From a virus (lineage: Duplodnaviria; Caudoviricetes), in IMG/VR virus record IMGVR_UViG_3300020047_006434, positions 21,414 to 85,413 of that record: 64,000 bases of DNA; one strand, written 5' to 3'. The notes below the pieces were generated by a model that had not been told where the DNA came from, did not search any database, and saw only the letters and a program-made list of their open reading frames with translations. The position numbers and the translations under genes were made by a program. Below are positions 27,447 through 36,147 of this stretch, piece after piece. How positions within the stretch are numbered: position 1 is the stretch's first letter; the number at the start of each line of letters is the position of its first letter.

Positions 27447-28952
27447 CTATGCAAAATCGACTAAGCTCTCTGGTTCTATTGTGCCAAAGATTAACGGTCC
27501 AGCCGCAGCCAAAGCAACAGCGTCACCACAGTCAGGTGAACGTTTGATGCGGTCAATAATTTCATCTTTGCTTTCCACTTGAATGCCCCGCATTGTAAGT
27601 TTCCACCGTGGAACGCATAGGTCGGCTTTTAATTCTGAATCTGGCGGCAAGGCTATATCTTCACCACTTTGCGGATCTAATGCTTCTCTCAACTTCCAAT
27701 ATGCTTCTGCCCGCTTATTGACAATGCGCAGCTTCCTGCTTTTGTCTGTGGCAGACGATGCTTCTGCGAAATTCGCTGCATTAACCTTTACTCCATTAGC
27801 CCTTACTGCGTCGTACACAGCGGAACCAACGCCAATAATATCAAGATTGATTCGCACACCAGGCTCGTAAGCTGCTATCACTTTTGCTGCTGCGGTCGGC
27901 CCATCTGGTGTCTCAGATCCTGCATACTTTAGCAGTGGAGCAAACCAATTACCATAGCGCTGGGAAATCACCGTTTTATCCTTGCCACCTCTAGCGACAT
28001 CAACGCCCAATGCTGACAATGCGGCGTCTGGCTTGCCTCGTTGCTTCCATCTTGCCTGCGCCAAGTCAACCCATAAAGTCGGTATCACTTGCCACGGATT
28101 ATCTTCTACACCGACGAAGAAATCGCCCTTAAGCATTTGTGTTCGCAGCGGTTCTGGCAATGACTGCAAGGTTGCTCCATAATCAGTTGCCATTAGATAA
28201 GGGTTATCAGATAATCGCGCCGGTACAAATGTTCTACTTTTCGGCTTTATCTCATCGCCCTTATGTATGAATGGTCGGCTTGATTCTACCTCTACATCCT
28301 CACCGTCAATCATAGCGAACCAGCGCAATTCACCAGGCTTTGCAGGGTTGCTATACTGCTTGTCTATCCAAGGTGCCCAACGCCTTATGACCCATTCGCC
28401 ATCAGCATTCGTTGGCGGATTGCCTGCACCAACAACCCTCGTTCTTTGCCCTGGTTTTGTTGTGCGATTCCAGCCTATCAAAAATCGATACTGGAGTTCG
28501 GTGAAATTTGGCAACTCATCAAATGCTTTTAGATCGTGAGCGCGACCCTGGTATTTACTCACATCGCCCTCGTACTGAACGGCGCCAAATTCAAGAGTGC
28601 ATTTAGGTAGACGCCACATGTTCGCCTGACCATTATATCTACCTTTGATGCCGATGATCGCTTGACTACGATCAATCATGTCCTTAAGCTGCGGATACTC
28701 ACGGCGAAACACGATGCTTTTTGCGTGTTGGGTAAGTGCTAGACCTAGAATCAAATCAGTCTTGCCGCCACCGGCAGCGCCGCCATAAAAAAGCTCATCG
28801 GCATTAGAGTAGTATGCTTCAGTCTGTGGACCCGGCAACGGGCGCCATATCGTCTGATCCGCCTTCAACAGTTTGTCGATCTCGTCTAGCTCTTGCGGCT
28901 TCAAAAATGGCAGCAATTCTAGCAGCTCTTTGTTCGTCCGTGAAAGTAGCAT
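27447..28952 (-). CDS. terL: Terminase large subunit
   Basis: Walker A YGGAAGGGKT, Walker B KAFDELPN, nuclease LGVDVARGGKD and SPDCGDA. Confidence 0.93.
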   Translation of the reverse strand: MLLSRTNKELLELLPFLKPQELDEIDKLLKADQTIWRPLPGPQTEAYYSNADELFYGGAAGGGKTDLILGLALTQHAKSIVFRREYPQLKDMIDRSQAIIGIKGRYNGQANMWRLPKCTLEFGAVQYEGDVSKYQGRAHDLKAFDELPNFTELQYRFLIGWNRTTKPGQRTRVVGAGNPPTNADGEWVIRRWAPWIDKQYSNPAKPGELRWFAMIDGEDVEVESSRPFIHKGDEIKPKSRTFVPARLSDNPYLMATDYGATLQSLPEPLRTQMLKGDFFVGVEDNPWQVIPTLWVDLAQARWKQRGKPDAALSALGVDVARGGKDKTVISQRYGNWFAPLLKYAGSETPDGPTAAAKVIAAYEPGVRINLDIIGVGSAVYDAVRANGVKVNAANFAEASSATDKSRKLRIVNKRAEAYWKLREALDPQSGEDIALPPDSELKADLCVPRWKLTMRGIQVESKDEIIDRIKRSPDCGDAVALAAAGPLIFGTIEPESLVDFA

Positions 28953-29442
28953 CTGTTGTCTCTATTGGTCCGCCATCCTTGCCGGTCAACTCAGTGCGAT
29001 CAGCAAAAAGCTTGTGGTACTTTCCCAAATGTACCAGCGCCGCCTGGGCGTCGTGTAGTTCAAATTCAACTTCAACGGTCTGCACTTCCATTTCGCCAAC
29101 AGTGCGTGTGGTCGTCTTGGTCTTCAATTTCTTCAGCAACGCTGTGCGCTTTCCCCGGCGCGCTTTGGTCAAATCGAAAGCGCCATCAGCGTCCAGGAAA
29201 TCATCAATGTCAGCGCGGGCATGATCCGTAATGCGTGCCAAGACTTCATCGGCGGGCATGGCAGCCTGATCAAGCCTCGCCTGAATCGCCTCTGCAACGC
29301 GGGCAGTTCTCAAAAGTCGCCAGCCGTTTGACGCCGCGGTTGTTCGATTTACCCCAGGGTAAACAGTCTGATAAGCCTCAGTGGCGTTTGAGTTTTGTAG
29401 ATACTCCTCCACAAAACGCTGGTGCTTTATCGACAGTGCCAC
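28819..29442 (-). CDS. terS: Terminase small subunit
   Basis: KHQRFVEEYL...NATEAY...RLL HTH; LHDAQAALVHLGKYHKLF...ELTGKDGGPI. Confidence 0.88.
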   Translation of the reverse strand: MALSIKHQRFVEEYLQNSNATEAYQTVYPGVNRTTAASNGWRLLRTARVAEAIQARLDQAAMPADEVLARITDHARADIDDFLDADGAFDLTKARRGKRTALLKKLKTKTTTRTVGEMEVQTVEVEFELHDAQAALVHLGKYHKLFADRTELTGKDGGPIETTDATFTDEQRAARIAAIFEAARARRDRQTVEGGSDDMAPVAGSTD

Positions 29443-29804
29443 TACTTCGCCTCTCCATACACGAACGCCCGAATCTCCGCCAACGCTTCGTTATTCGCTG
29501 CGTGTCGCTCCTCGAACGTCGGCGCTAACGCATCGCAATCTGTCGGCAGATCTAGCGTTTTGCGTGCTAGGTCGTTGGCGACATCCACATAGTGCGGCGT
29601 ACCTTCTGATATGTACACCTGCCCCGTCGCGCCATTCATAAAGCTTTCCGAAATGGCGCGTAAAATAGCATGAGCCGCCGCACCCCACGCCTCTCGAATT
29701 TCAGGCGTCAGATTGTCCCATGACGGGATAGGCTTTGCGTCATAGGTAATGCCGCTTCGATGTTTGCAATATGCATCAAACGCAACCTGTGCTAGATTCA
29801 GCAT
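29442..29804 (-). CDS. Hypothetical protein
   Basis: LAQVAFDAYC...IPSWDNL...EAWGAAA, a common phage small-protein pattern. Confidence 0.65.
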   Translation of the reverse strand: MLNLAQVAFDAYCKHRSGITYDAKPIPSWDNLTPEIREAWGAAAHAILRAISESFMNGATGQVYISEGTPHYVDVANDLARKTLDLPTDCDALAPTFEERHAANNEALAEIRAFVYGEAK

Positions 29805-29848
29805 TTCTTCCCGCCCTTACCCTTACCGCTTTTACCCTTTTTCGCCAT
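29798..29848 (-). CDS. 16-aa Lys/Gly peptide MAKKGKSGKGKGGKKC (or 43 aa with a TM segment if started at 29929)
   Basis: AGGAGA RBS; stop overlaps start of 29442-29804. Confidence 0.55.
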   Translation of the reverse strand: MAKKGKSGKGKGGKKC

Positions 29849-29925
29849 GTCTCTATATCTCCTGTCGTATGCCCACGTTGTCAGCAGCAGCAGAACCAAC
29901 AGCGCCGCCGCTACTTGGGCGTCGG

Positions 29926-30289
29926 TCATGTGCGCTTGCTCGGCTGCACATCAACACGATAATCGTCGGACGCCGCCTTGCCTGTGCCGGTACTGTAGAA
30001 TCCACACCACCATGTGCCGGCGGTGTCTACGTCAAAGGTCACGGCATAATCGCCGGTGTCAACCTTTGTCACGGCGCCATGCTTCCGATTCGGCGTCATC
30101 TAGCGCCATGTCTAGCGCCTCATCCCAGGCGTCCCTGAACTCTGCGTCAAGATTTTTCTGTGCATAGGCATACGACCGGCTGATTTTCGCCTTGCGACAG
30201 GCCGCGGCCACGTTGCTCGATTTGAGTAGCGCCGTAATAAAAATCTCTTTCCAGTTATCAGCCGGTTTCTGACTCTCTGCCTTTGCCAT
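29926..30289 (-). pseudogene. Truncated second terminase-small-subunit-like gene joined to the 3' half of an Ig-like protein gene
   Basis: NVAAACRKAKISRSYAY...FRDAWDEALDMALDDAESEAWRR stops abruptly; a shifted frame reads VTKVDTGDYAVTFDVDTAGTWWCGFYSTGTGKAA. Confidence 0.5.
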
Positions 30290-30609
30290 CAGAACGCCTC
30301 ATACACAAACCACTCACTCGCAATCGTGCGCGCCGGGGATGGGTTATCCCCGAACGTCGCCTTGAATTGCACCATGAACCGGCCGGCGTCGGCTACATCA
30401 TCGGCATGGTAAGCCCATGTGAACACGCCATTTGCCCCGTCTGTCACGGTTAGCGTACCGGCAATGTCACGCACCGTGCCGGTAACGTTGTCACGTATCT
30501 TCCCGGTCAACGTTGCGCCGGTCAGGTTTTCAGGCGTATTGTCGCCACGGGTCCATGTGATAATCTGCGATGGTCGCAATGAATCTTGGATTGCTTGCGC
30601 TAGTGCCAT
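30289..30609 (-). CDS. BppU-N-like / Ig-fold virion protein
   Basis: NLTGATL...VTDGANGVFTWAY...DVADAGRFMVQF pattern. Confidence 0.65.
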   Translation of the reverse strand: MALAQAIQDSLRPSQIITWTRGDNTPENLTGATLTGKIRDNVTGTVRDIAGTLTVTDGANGVFTWAYHADDVADAGRFMVQFKATFGDNPSPARTIASEWFVYEAF

Positions 30610-30719
30610 GAATTCACATCTCCATACACCTGTGGTATAATATAAAGGTGAAACGGAAATACCGGGCGATTGCTTGCGACAATCCCCGGCCTGGTCAAAC
30701 GTTGAAGGGAACGAATGAC

Positions 30720-31340
30720 ATGAGTGATCATACCACAGAAACTACCTCTACAAAACTCTGCGAATGCGGTTGTATGCGGCCTGCACCAATCGCAAAACGA
30801 AACAATACGAAGCTGCATCATGTAAAAGGTCAACCGGTGCGCTTTATCGTAGGCCATCAGCGAAAGAACAAGTTTACTCCCATCGAAGAGCGTTTTTGGA
30901 AATTTGTCCAAAAGACGAATACTTGTTGGATCTGGACTGGCGCTAAGACCAACGGCGGATATGGCGTACTGAATGATGGTTCCAATCATGTTGTCCGCGC
31001 TCATCGACTGTCTTACGAAATGCACTATTCGCCTATCCCCAATGTCTTGGACGTATGCCACCATTGCGACAATCCCTCTTGTGTCAATCCTGCACATCTT
31101 TTTCTTGGCACTCCCACAGAAAACGCTGCCGATATGGTAATGAAAAACCGTGTTAGCCGAACACACAATCCGCAAGGTGAAAAACACCCGATGTCAAAGC
31201 TCACGGAAACACAAGTCGCCAGTATCAGAGCCGCATATATTCCGCATGTCGTCAGCCTCAACACATTAGCCAACAAGTATCACGTATCCAAACGTACTAT
31301 CCTGTTTATTATCCAGGGTAAGCACTGGAAACAAGTTTAA
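30720..31340 (+). CDS. HNH homing endonuclease (HNH_3 type) with C-terminal DNA-binding domain
   Basis: CWIWTG...GYG...RAHRLSY...DVCHHCDNPSCVNPAHLFLGT...EN; antisense to late operon. Confidence 0.9.
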   Translation: MSDHTTETTSTKLCECGCMRPAPIAKRNNTKLHHVKGQPVRFIVGHQRKNKFTPIEERFWKFVQKTNTCWIWTGAKTNGGYGVLNDGSNHVVRAHRLSYEMHYSPIPNVLDVCHHCDNPSCVNPAHLFLGTPTENAADMVMKNRVSRTHNPQGEKHPMSKLTETQVASIRAAYIPHVVSLNTLANKYHVSKRTILFIIQGKHWKQV

Positions 31341-31372
31341 CCTAACCAAACTCGTAATTTACCTATTGCAAA

Positions 31373-31780
31373 TTACGAGTTTGCATCTGTGAGGGAAAAA
31401 CTTGAAATCGTGACAGATTGTCCGCTTGCGATGGAGGTGTTGTCTAATTGAAGATCTCCGCCGCCACCAGTCACTGTAACCGTGCCTTGCAGATGGGCCG
31501 TCGTGCCATCGCTGGCATAGATGCGAAAATGCGCCGCTGTGCCGGTCGCATCAGCGGAGGTGTCCTGCCAGGTTCCGCTTTTGGCCTTGCTGCCACTAGA
31601 GGCTGCTGCTAACCAGTCAGATGGCAGCGTTAGACTTGCCAACACCGTGCCGCTGTCAGCGGTTGCCACATCCGCAGGCGCTGCGCCTGTACGAATTTTT
31701 AGCACAGCCGCCGTGCCGATTGCTGTCTCGATTGCATCAAGCCGAGCATTTCTTACACTTACTGAGAGCTGGACTGCCAA
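31373..31780 (-). CDS. Conserved virion-associated protein (135 aa)
   Basis: RNARLDAI...LKIRTG...DATGTAAHFRI...GTVTVTGGGGDL; beta-rich, next to fibre gene. Confidence 0.65.
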   Translation of the reverse strand: MAVQLSVSVRNARLDAIETAIGTAAVLKIRTGAAPADVATADSGTVLASLTLPSDWLAAASSGSKAKSGTWQDTSADATGTAAHFRIYASDGTTAHLQGTVTVTGGGGDLQLDNTSIASGQSVTISSFSLTDANS

Positions 31781-31794
31781 AGTACACCTTCCTT

Positions 31795-32544
31795 TTATCT
31801 GTCGTTATTCCCGACAACTGAACATACATAAACCCGTTTTACCCATTCAAGAAACTCTGGCAAAGAAAGCGTTCGTTTTGCATTGTTGCAAACGATACAG
31901 CAAGGAACAACATTATCGATGGTATACCCCTTGCCGTTATCTACACGATCTAGACCATTGTAGACATAGTTCCCATTGCGCGCCGTACACGTGTGCATGG
32001 GGGCGATCCCACAGTAATGACAGTTTTGCTGCATCAGTTCTGATACTTGTTCATCAGATAGTTGCCATGTAATATTTCGTCTTACTGCATTACTGATCAT
32101 ATTGGCAATCGCCCTATTCTTAGCAGCTATGCCCTTAGGAAGAGAAACTTTTTCTCTTGTCCTATCCCTATGTAGGCACCCACAACTTTCCGTATTGCCT
32201 GACCGTAACGAATGTCCTGTTACGGCGATCTCGTTGCCACAGTCACATCGACATACCCAGGTTGCTTGTGTTGCAGAATTACCGTGCTTACGTCTTAGAT
32301 TATCGCCTCTCCTGAGGACAACAAGCCTACCATAGCGAGTTCCTGGAATCTCCTCAACAAATCTGCTATTGAGACAGCCACAACCTTTGGTGTTTCCGCT
32401 TTTTAAGCTCGCTCCTAGGATAGCTTTCGTCTTACCGCACTCGCACTGACAAAGCCACCGAATTTGCCCATTGTTGGCAACACTATCTCTGCTGATCACC
32501 GTCAATCTGCCAAACTTCTGTCCGGTTAAGTCCTCGAATTTCAT
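31795..32544 (-). CDS. Putative homing endonuclease with two GxxFGRLxV...WxCxCxCG zinc domains and HNH-like C-terminus
   Basis: GLDRVDNGKGYTIDNVVPCCIVCNNAK. Confidence 0.85.
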   Translation of the reverse strand: MKFEDLTGQKFGRLTVISRDSVANNGQIRWLCQCECGKTKAILGASLKSGNTKGCGCLNSRFVEEIPGTRYGRLVVLRRGDNLRRKHGNSATQATWVCRCDCGNEIAVTGHSLRSGNTESCGCLHRDRTREKVSLPKGIAAKNRAIANMISNAVRRNITWQLSDEQVSELMQQNCHYCGIAPMHTCTARNGNYVYNGLDRVDNGKGYTIDNVVPCCIVCNNAKRTLSLPEFLEWVKRVYVCSVVGNNDR

Positions 32545-32705
32545 TTACGATCCTCCTCTTGTCGAACGCCTTCGCTTTCGGCCAATCGTCGAATCGCAAT
32601 TTCCATAATAGCGGCCTGGGATATGCCCAGCTTCTTTGCCAGTTCCTTGATCAGGCTCTTCGCTTCTGGCGTCAAGCGAATGCTAGTTGCTTGTTTATTA
32701 TCCAT
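32541..32705 (-). CDS. Ribbon-helix-helix (CopG-like) regulator
   Basis: TSIRLTPEAKSLIKELAKKLGISQAAIMEIAIRRLA. Confidence 0.85.
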   Translation of the reverse strand: MDNKQATSIRLTPEAKSLIKELAKKLGISQAAIMEIAIRRLAESEGVRQEEDRK

Positions 32706-32740
32706 AACGCAATTATACCGCATTTTGCGTTATTTTGCAA
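32704..32740 (-). promoter_or_regulatory. sigma70 promoter with inverted-repeat operator; predicted leaderless transcript
   Basis: TTGCAA-17-TATAAT; ATAACGCAA (32704-32712) / TTGCGTTAT (32725-32733); ATG 7 nt after the -10. Confidence 0.7.
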
Positions 32741-35062
32741 CTACGTCCCCTTTACTGATCCTGAACTAAACATACCTTCTACGGTGCCAGCGGCTGTAAC
32801 ACCGTGTACCGTGCCATATACCGCAATCAGCGCCGTAATCACACCGGCTGCCGAGAGTGTCATAACCCCTAAACTGATGGTAGCAACGCCGGCAATTGGC
32901 GCTCCGCCTGCTGTGGCAACGAGTGAGAGCGCATCCAGCGGAATTGACGCACTACCGGCAACCGGATTCTGCGCTGTGGCCGTTAGCGATAGTGCATCTA
33001 GCGCTTTGTCGAATCCGCCAACAACAGGAACAACACCGGCTGCGTTGATGGCCAGCGTACCCAGCGTCACATTTGCACTAGCGATAACAGCGACCGCACC
33101 GGCTGATGTACTGACAAGAGCGCCTAGTGTGACGGTCGCCTGACCAACGACGGCCACGGCTCCTACTGCGCTACTGGTCAATGCGCCTAATGTAATCGCT
33201 GCTTCGCCAACAAAGTCGGCTGATGCATAGCCTTCGCCGGCTGCCGTTATCGCGCCTAATGTAATCGCCGCCTCGCCAACGACTGCCACAGCGCCAGCCG
33301 CCTCGCTGGTCAGTGTTTCCAACGTGATGGCCGCCGCTGCATTGTTGGTGATGCCACCCGCGGCTGCTAGGCTAAGGCTGCCCAGCGTAATGGCTGCTGT
33401 ACCTACAACCGGCGCTATACCAGCAGCGCTGACCGTTAGCGCCGCCAACGTGACAGCGGCGCTGCCAACCACAGGATTGATTGCAACGGCAACGAGCGCC
33501 AATGATCCCAGCGTGACATCGGCTGCGCCAGCAACGGCAATTACGCCAGTGGCCGTGCCGCTCAGTGCATCCAACGTCTTTGCCAGTGCGCCAACTACAT
33601 CGACAGCGCCGGTTGCCGTAGTTGTCAATGCGCCTAGTGTGGGCGTGGCGGCGCCAGCAATGGCGACTGTTCCAGCCGCAGAAGATACGACAGGCCCTAA
33701 TGTGACACTGGACGTACCAGCGACGGCAACAACACCGGCGCTACTACTGGTTAGCGCGTCCAGTGTTTTCGACAGCGAGCCGACGACCTCATTCGTCTGC
33801 ACTGTACCGGCTGCTGAAACCGTCAATGCGCCAAGCGTGACCGCTGATGCGCCGGTTGTAGCTTCCGTGCTAATGGCCCACACGATCATGTAGCGCCCGC
33901 TGGCCTGCACGGTCGTGTAGTTGAGCGTATAGCCGGTGCTGTCCAGGCTATATGTCGATGTCACTAAGCCGTTCGTACCATCCGGTAACGGCAAGATCAG
34001 TGGAACGTTATCGGACAGACTTTGTGCATCGGTAGTTGCGCTGCCATCCTCATCAGCAATTGCCGTCGAAAATGCCGCCGTAGACGAAAAGCCGGAGAAG
34101 CCCAACGCCAGACTGTTAGCGCTTGTGCTCTGGATAGTGCCGGTGGCCGACAGATGTGATGAAAGCAGTGTAACAAAATTCGGAGTGAAGCCCGGAGCGG
34201 TATTAGCTGCATTGCCGGTCGATGTGGGACTGGCCACGGTGCCAACGTAGCTGCTTGCCTTTCCTCCGTAATTGAGCGCCAGATAGCCAAAAATCTGAGC
34301 GCCGGCCCCATGCGATTTCACTTTGAAGCCATCGCTTAAAAATGCCGACAGTTCGTAGGAGCGACTGAGCGAACCGCCGGATAGGATGGCCCCTATCCGC
34401 GTGGTGTAGAGTGCGCCATCCGTCACGCTGCCACTACTGCCATCGGTCGATTGATGCGCTACCACTCCCTGATCAATGCTGGTCCCGTTGTGCGCCATGC
34501 CTAGCTGCGGCGCAGCCCCGGCATCAGATGTATTGTTCCAAGCGGTATGGCCGATTGCCGAAAAAATAACATCATTCGGCGTAAACGTGGTGGTGGTCGT
34601 GACCTCAGCTTGATCCGTGGTGCTAGCGCTTATTGTGCCAGCTTTTACCGACAAATCCGAACCGGCAAAGAAAACGACCGTGAACAGGAAAGCCGTACCG
34701 ATGCTGTCGGTCCAGTTGATGCGAATGCCGTTGGTCAGCCAAGAGGAGAATTCAGCGTCACCAGATAGAGCGCCGGTGGTTGTGTTAAGAATTTGAAAAA
34801 CGCGCGTGTTGCTGCTGCGGCTATAAACATCGCTGGTTGTCTGCCCGTTGCGGATGATGGATGTAGTTGCCCATTGACTCGTGCCATCGGTGGCGCCGAT
34901 GCTCATCTGCGCGTGATTCGCAGCGCTACCGTCTGCGGTGGCAGAAGACAAAATAAAAATAGCCGCCTTAGGGGTTAAGCCCCCAAGGTCGGTTGTTGTA
35001 ATGTCTTGCGTGCCACCTGATGTGCCACAGGCGACACGGGTAACGGCAACGGTAACGGGCAT
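32741..35062 (-). CDS. 773-aa putative fibre/appendage protein with about 16 C-terminal repeats of about 19 aa
   Basis: Recurring (V/I/K)TL(G/D)AL...A.G.V.V.G units; T/G/S-rich N-domain. Confidence 0.7.
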   Translation of the reverse strand: MPVTVAVTRVACGTSGGTQDITTTDLGGLTPKAAIFILSSATADGSAANHAQMSIGATDGTSQWATTSIIRNGQTTSDVYSRSSNTRVFQILNTTTGALSGDAEFSSWLTNGIRINWTDSIGTAFLFTVVFFAGSDLSVKAGTISASTTDQAEVTTTTTFTPNDVIFSAIGHTAWNNTSDAGAAPQLGMAHNGTSIDQGVVAHQSTDGSSGSVTDGALYTTRIGAILSGGSLSRSYELSAFLSDGFKVKSHGAGAQIFGYLALNYGGKASSYVGTVASPTSTGNAANTAPGFTPNFVTLLSSHLSATGTIQSTSANSLALGFSGFSSTAAFSTAIADEDGSATTDAQSLSDNVPLILPLPDGTNGLVTSTYSLDSTGYTLNYTTVQASGRYMIVWAISTEATTGASAVTLGALTVSAAGTVQTNEVVGSLSKTLDALTSSSAGVVAVAGTSSVTLGPVVSSAAGTVAIAGAATPTLGALTTTATGAVDVVGALAKTLDALSGTATGVIAVAGAADVTLGSLALVAVAINPVVGSAAVTLAALTVSAAGIAPVVGTAAITLGSLSLAAAGGITNNAAAAITLETLTSEAAGAVAVVGEAAITLGAITAAGEGYASADFVGEAAITLGALTSSAVGAVAVVGQATVTLGALVSTSAGAVAVIASANVTLGTLAINAAGVVPVVGGFDKALDALSLTATAQNPVAGSASIPLDALSLVATAGGAPIAGVATISLGVMTLSAAGVITALIAVYGTVHGVTAAGTVEGMFSSGSVKGT

Positions 35063-35070
35063 CTGTTACT

Positions 35071-35316
35071 TCAACCCCACAACACTTTATCTACATAGCT
35101 GCGCTTTTGTGCTACCGGCTCCAGACCAAAACTAACATCCTGGCTGGCCTGCGCTTGTGGCTCACCACCTGGGGCAAGTAGTTTCAGCAACACAGGCACG
35201 GATGCCACCAACACAGGCGCCCACGGGAAGCCAGCGCCAGCGCCCGATGTAAAGTAGTCCACTGCCCACGCAGCGACGGCCAAAAGTAAACTGTAAATGA
35301 TGCCTGGTAGTTTCAT
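35071..35316 (-). CDS. Holin-like membrane protein
   Basis: Two short TM segments, charged C-tail, AAGGA RBS. Confidence 0.55.
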   Translation of the reverse strand: MKLPGIIYSLLLAVAAWAVDYFTSGAGAGFPWAPVLVASVPVLLKLLAPGGEPQAQASQDVSFGLEPVAQKRSYVDKVLWG

Positions 35317-35317
35317 G

Positions 35318-35641
35318 TCAATCCATCCTTTCATCTGACTCTATAACTAAATACGTGCGTCCATACAATAGCTCAAATAACAGGCTAAAGACTGCCCATA
35401 GTGCAATGGCCAGCCTAACCAACACGACCGTGGTTGCTGTGCGCCATAGCGGATCTGGACCAGACCCGACAATCAGCAGCGCTAACGCTACAGCCAGTGC
35501 GACATTCGCCGGGATGCCAACCAGGTAAAATGTGCTGCCAAAGCGCCGATAGTCAAACAGATAGCGGATCACCTTGAGCATCGCTGCGATAAAGGCCAAA
35601 AAATAGCAGCCGGCCAACAATTGCGCTAGGCAGCCTCTCAC
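35318..35641 (-). CDS. Three-TM membrane protein
   Basis: Three hydrophobic helices; GTGA coupling. Confidence 0.6.
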   Translation of the reverse strand: MRGCLAQLLAGCYFLAFIAAMLKVIRYLFDYRRFGSTFYLVGIPANVALAVALALLIVGSGPDPLWRTATTVVLVRLAIALWAVFSLLFELLYGRTYLVIESDERMD

Positions 35642-35838
35642 GGCGTCACCCCCGCCCATTGCAGAACGCTGTCAGCGTTGTAGCCAAGCACAGCCACGGC
35701 CACAATCACCACCACGGTGATGACGACAAGTTTGACAGTGCGGCCGTACTCCGCCTCAACGCTGTCGAGAAACGGCACGGGATTCAATTTGGATAAAATG
35801 GCGGCGATGGTCTGCAACAATGGAATAAGTTTTTGCAT
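35638..35838 (-). CDS. Small membrane protein
   Basis: KLVVITVVVIVAVAVLG TM; GAGG RBS. Confidence 0.6.
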   Translation of the reverse strand: MQKLIPLLQTIAAILSKLNPVPFLDSVEAEYGRTVKLVVITVVVIVAVAVLGYNADSVLQWAGVTP

Positions 35839-35860
35839 GGTGACCTCACTAAAAACAGTA

Positions 35861-35941
35861 TGGTGGCCCAGTCGGGAATTGAACCCGCCACTATTAGGAA
35901 TGCTCCCGGCTAGCCTCACCGATAGTACAACCCCATAGACC
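35861..35941 (-). ncRNA. Degenerate tRNA-like RNA ending in ACCA
   Basis: T-arm CGGG-TTCAATT-CCCG; acceptor GGTCTAT/CTGGGCC with GU pairs and one mismatch; no sound anticodon stem (CAT at roughly the expected place). Confidence 0.4.
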
Positions 35942-35959
35942 AGCCAGGATGCCGAGTAG

Positions 35960-36077
35960 TAGTGTGGGCCGGAATCGAACCGGCGTTCAGTGATACGGTG
36001 CCCTGATAACTGTTAGCCTTACAGTGACCGCTTTGCTAGGTTCCAGCCTGCGTGTCCCCAAACCACGCCGCCACACT
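35960..36077 (-). ncRNA. 118-nt tRNA-like RNA with enlarged anticodon arm
   Basis: Perfect acceptor AGTGTGG/CCACACT, D-stem GCGTG/CACGC, T-arm GCCGG-TTCGATT-CCGGC; GGCTG/CAGTT closes a 31-nt region instead of a 7-nt loop. Confidence 0.6.
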
Positions 36078-36107
36078 TCACTGTTGAGACGCATTCTCAA
36101 TTACAGT

Positions 36108-36136
36108 ATTGTAGCATAGGTTGACGCAAAATTCAA
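36108..36136 (-). promoter_or_regulatory. sigma70 promoter upstream of the tRNA-like RNAs
   Basis: TTGAAT-17-TACAAT with TG extension. Confidence 0.6.
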
Positions 36137-36147
36137 CAATCATGCTC

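Noticed and set aside
32541-32705. Type II toxin-antitoxin pair for this and other RHH genes
   Set aside because: No recognisable RelE, MazF, VapC or HicA toxin adjacent; partners are endonucleases or unknown proteins
35861-36077. Canonical decoding tRNAs (including tRNA-Sec via TCA, tRNA-Met/Ile via CAT)
   Set aside because: No 5-bp stem with 7-nt loop can be drawn around either triplet; reported as tRNA-like ncRNA instead
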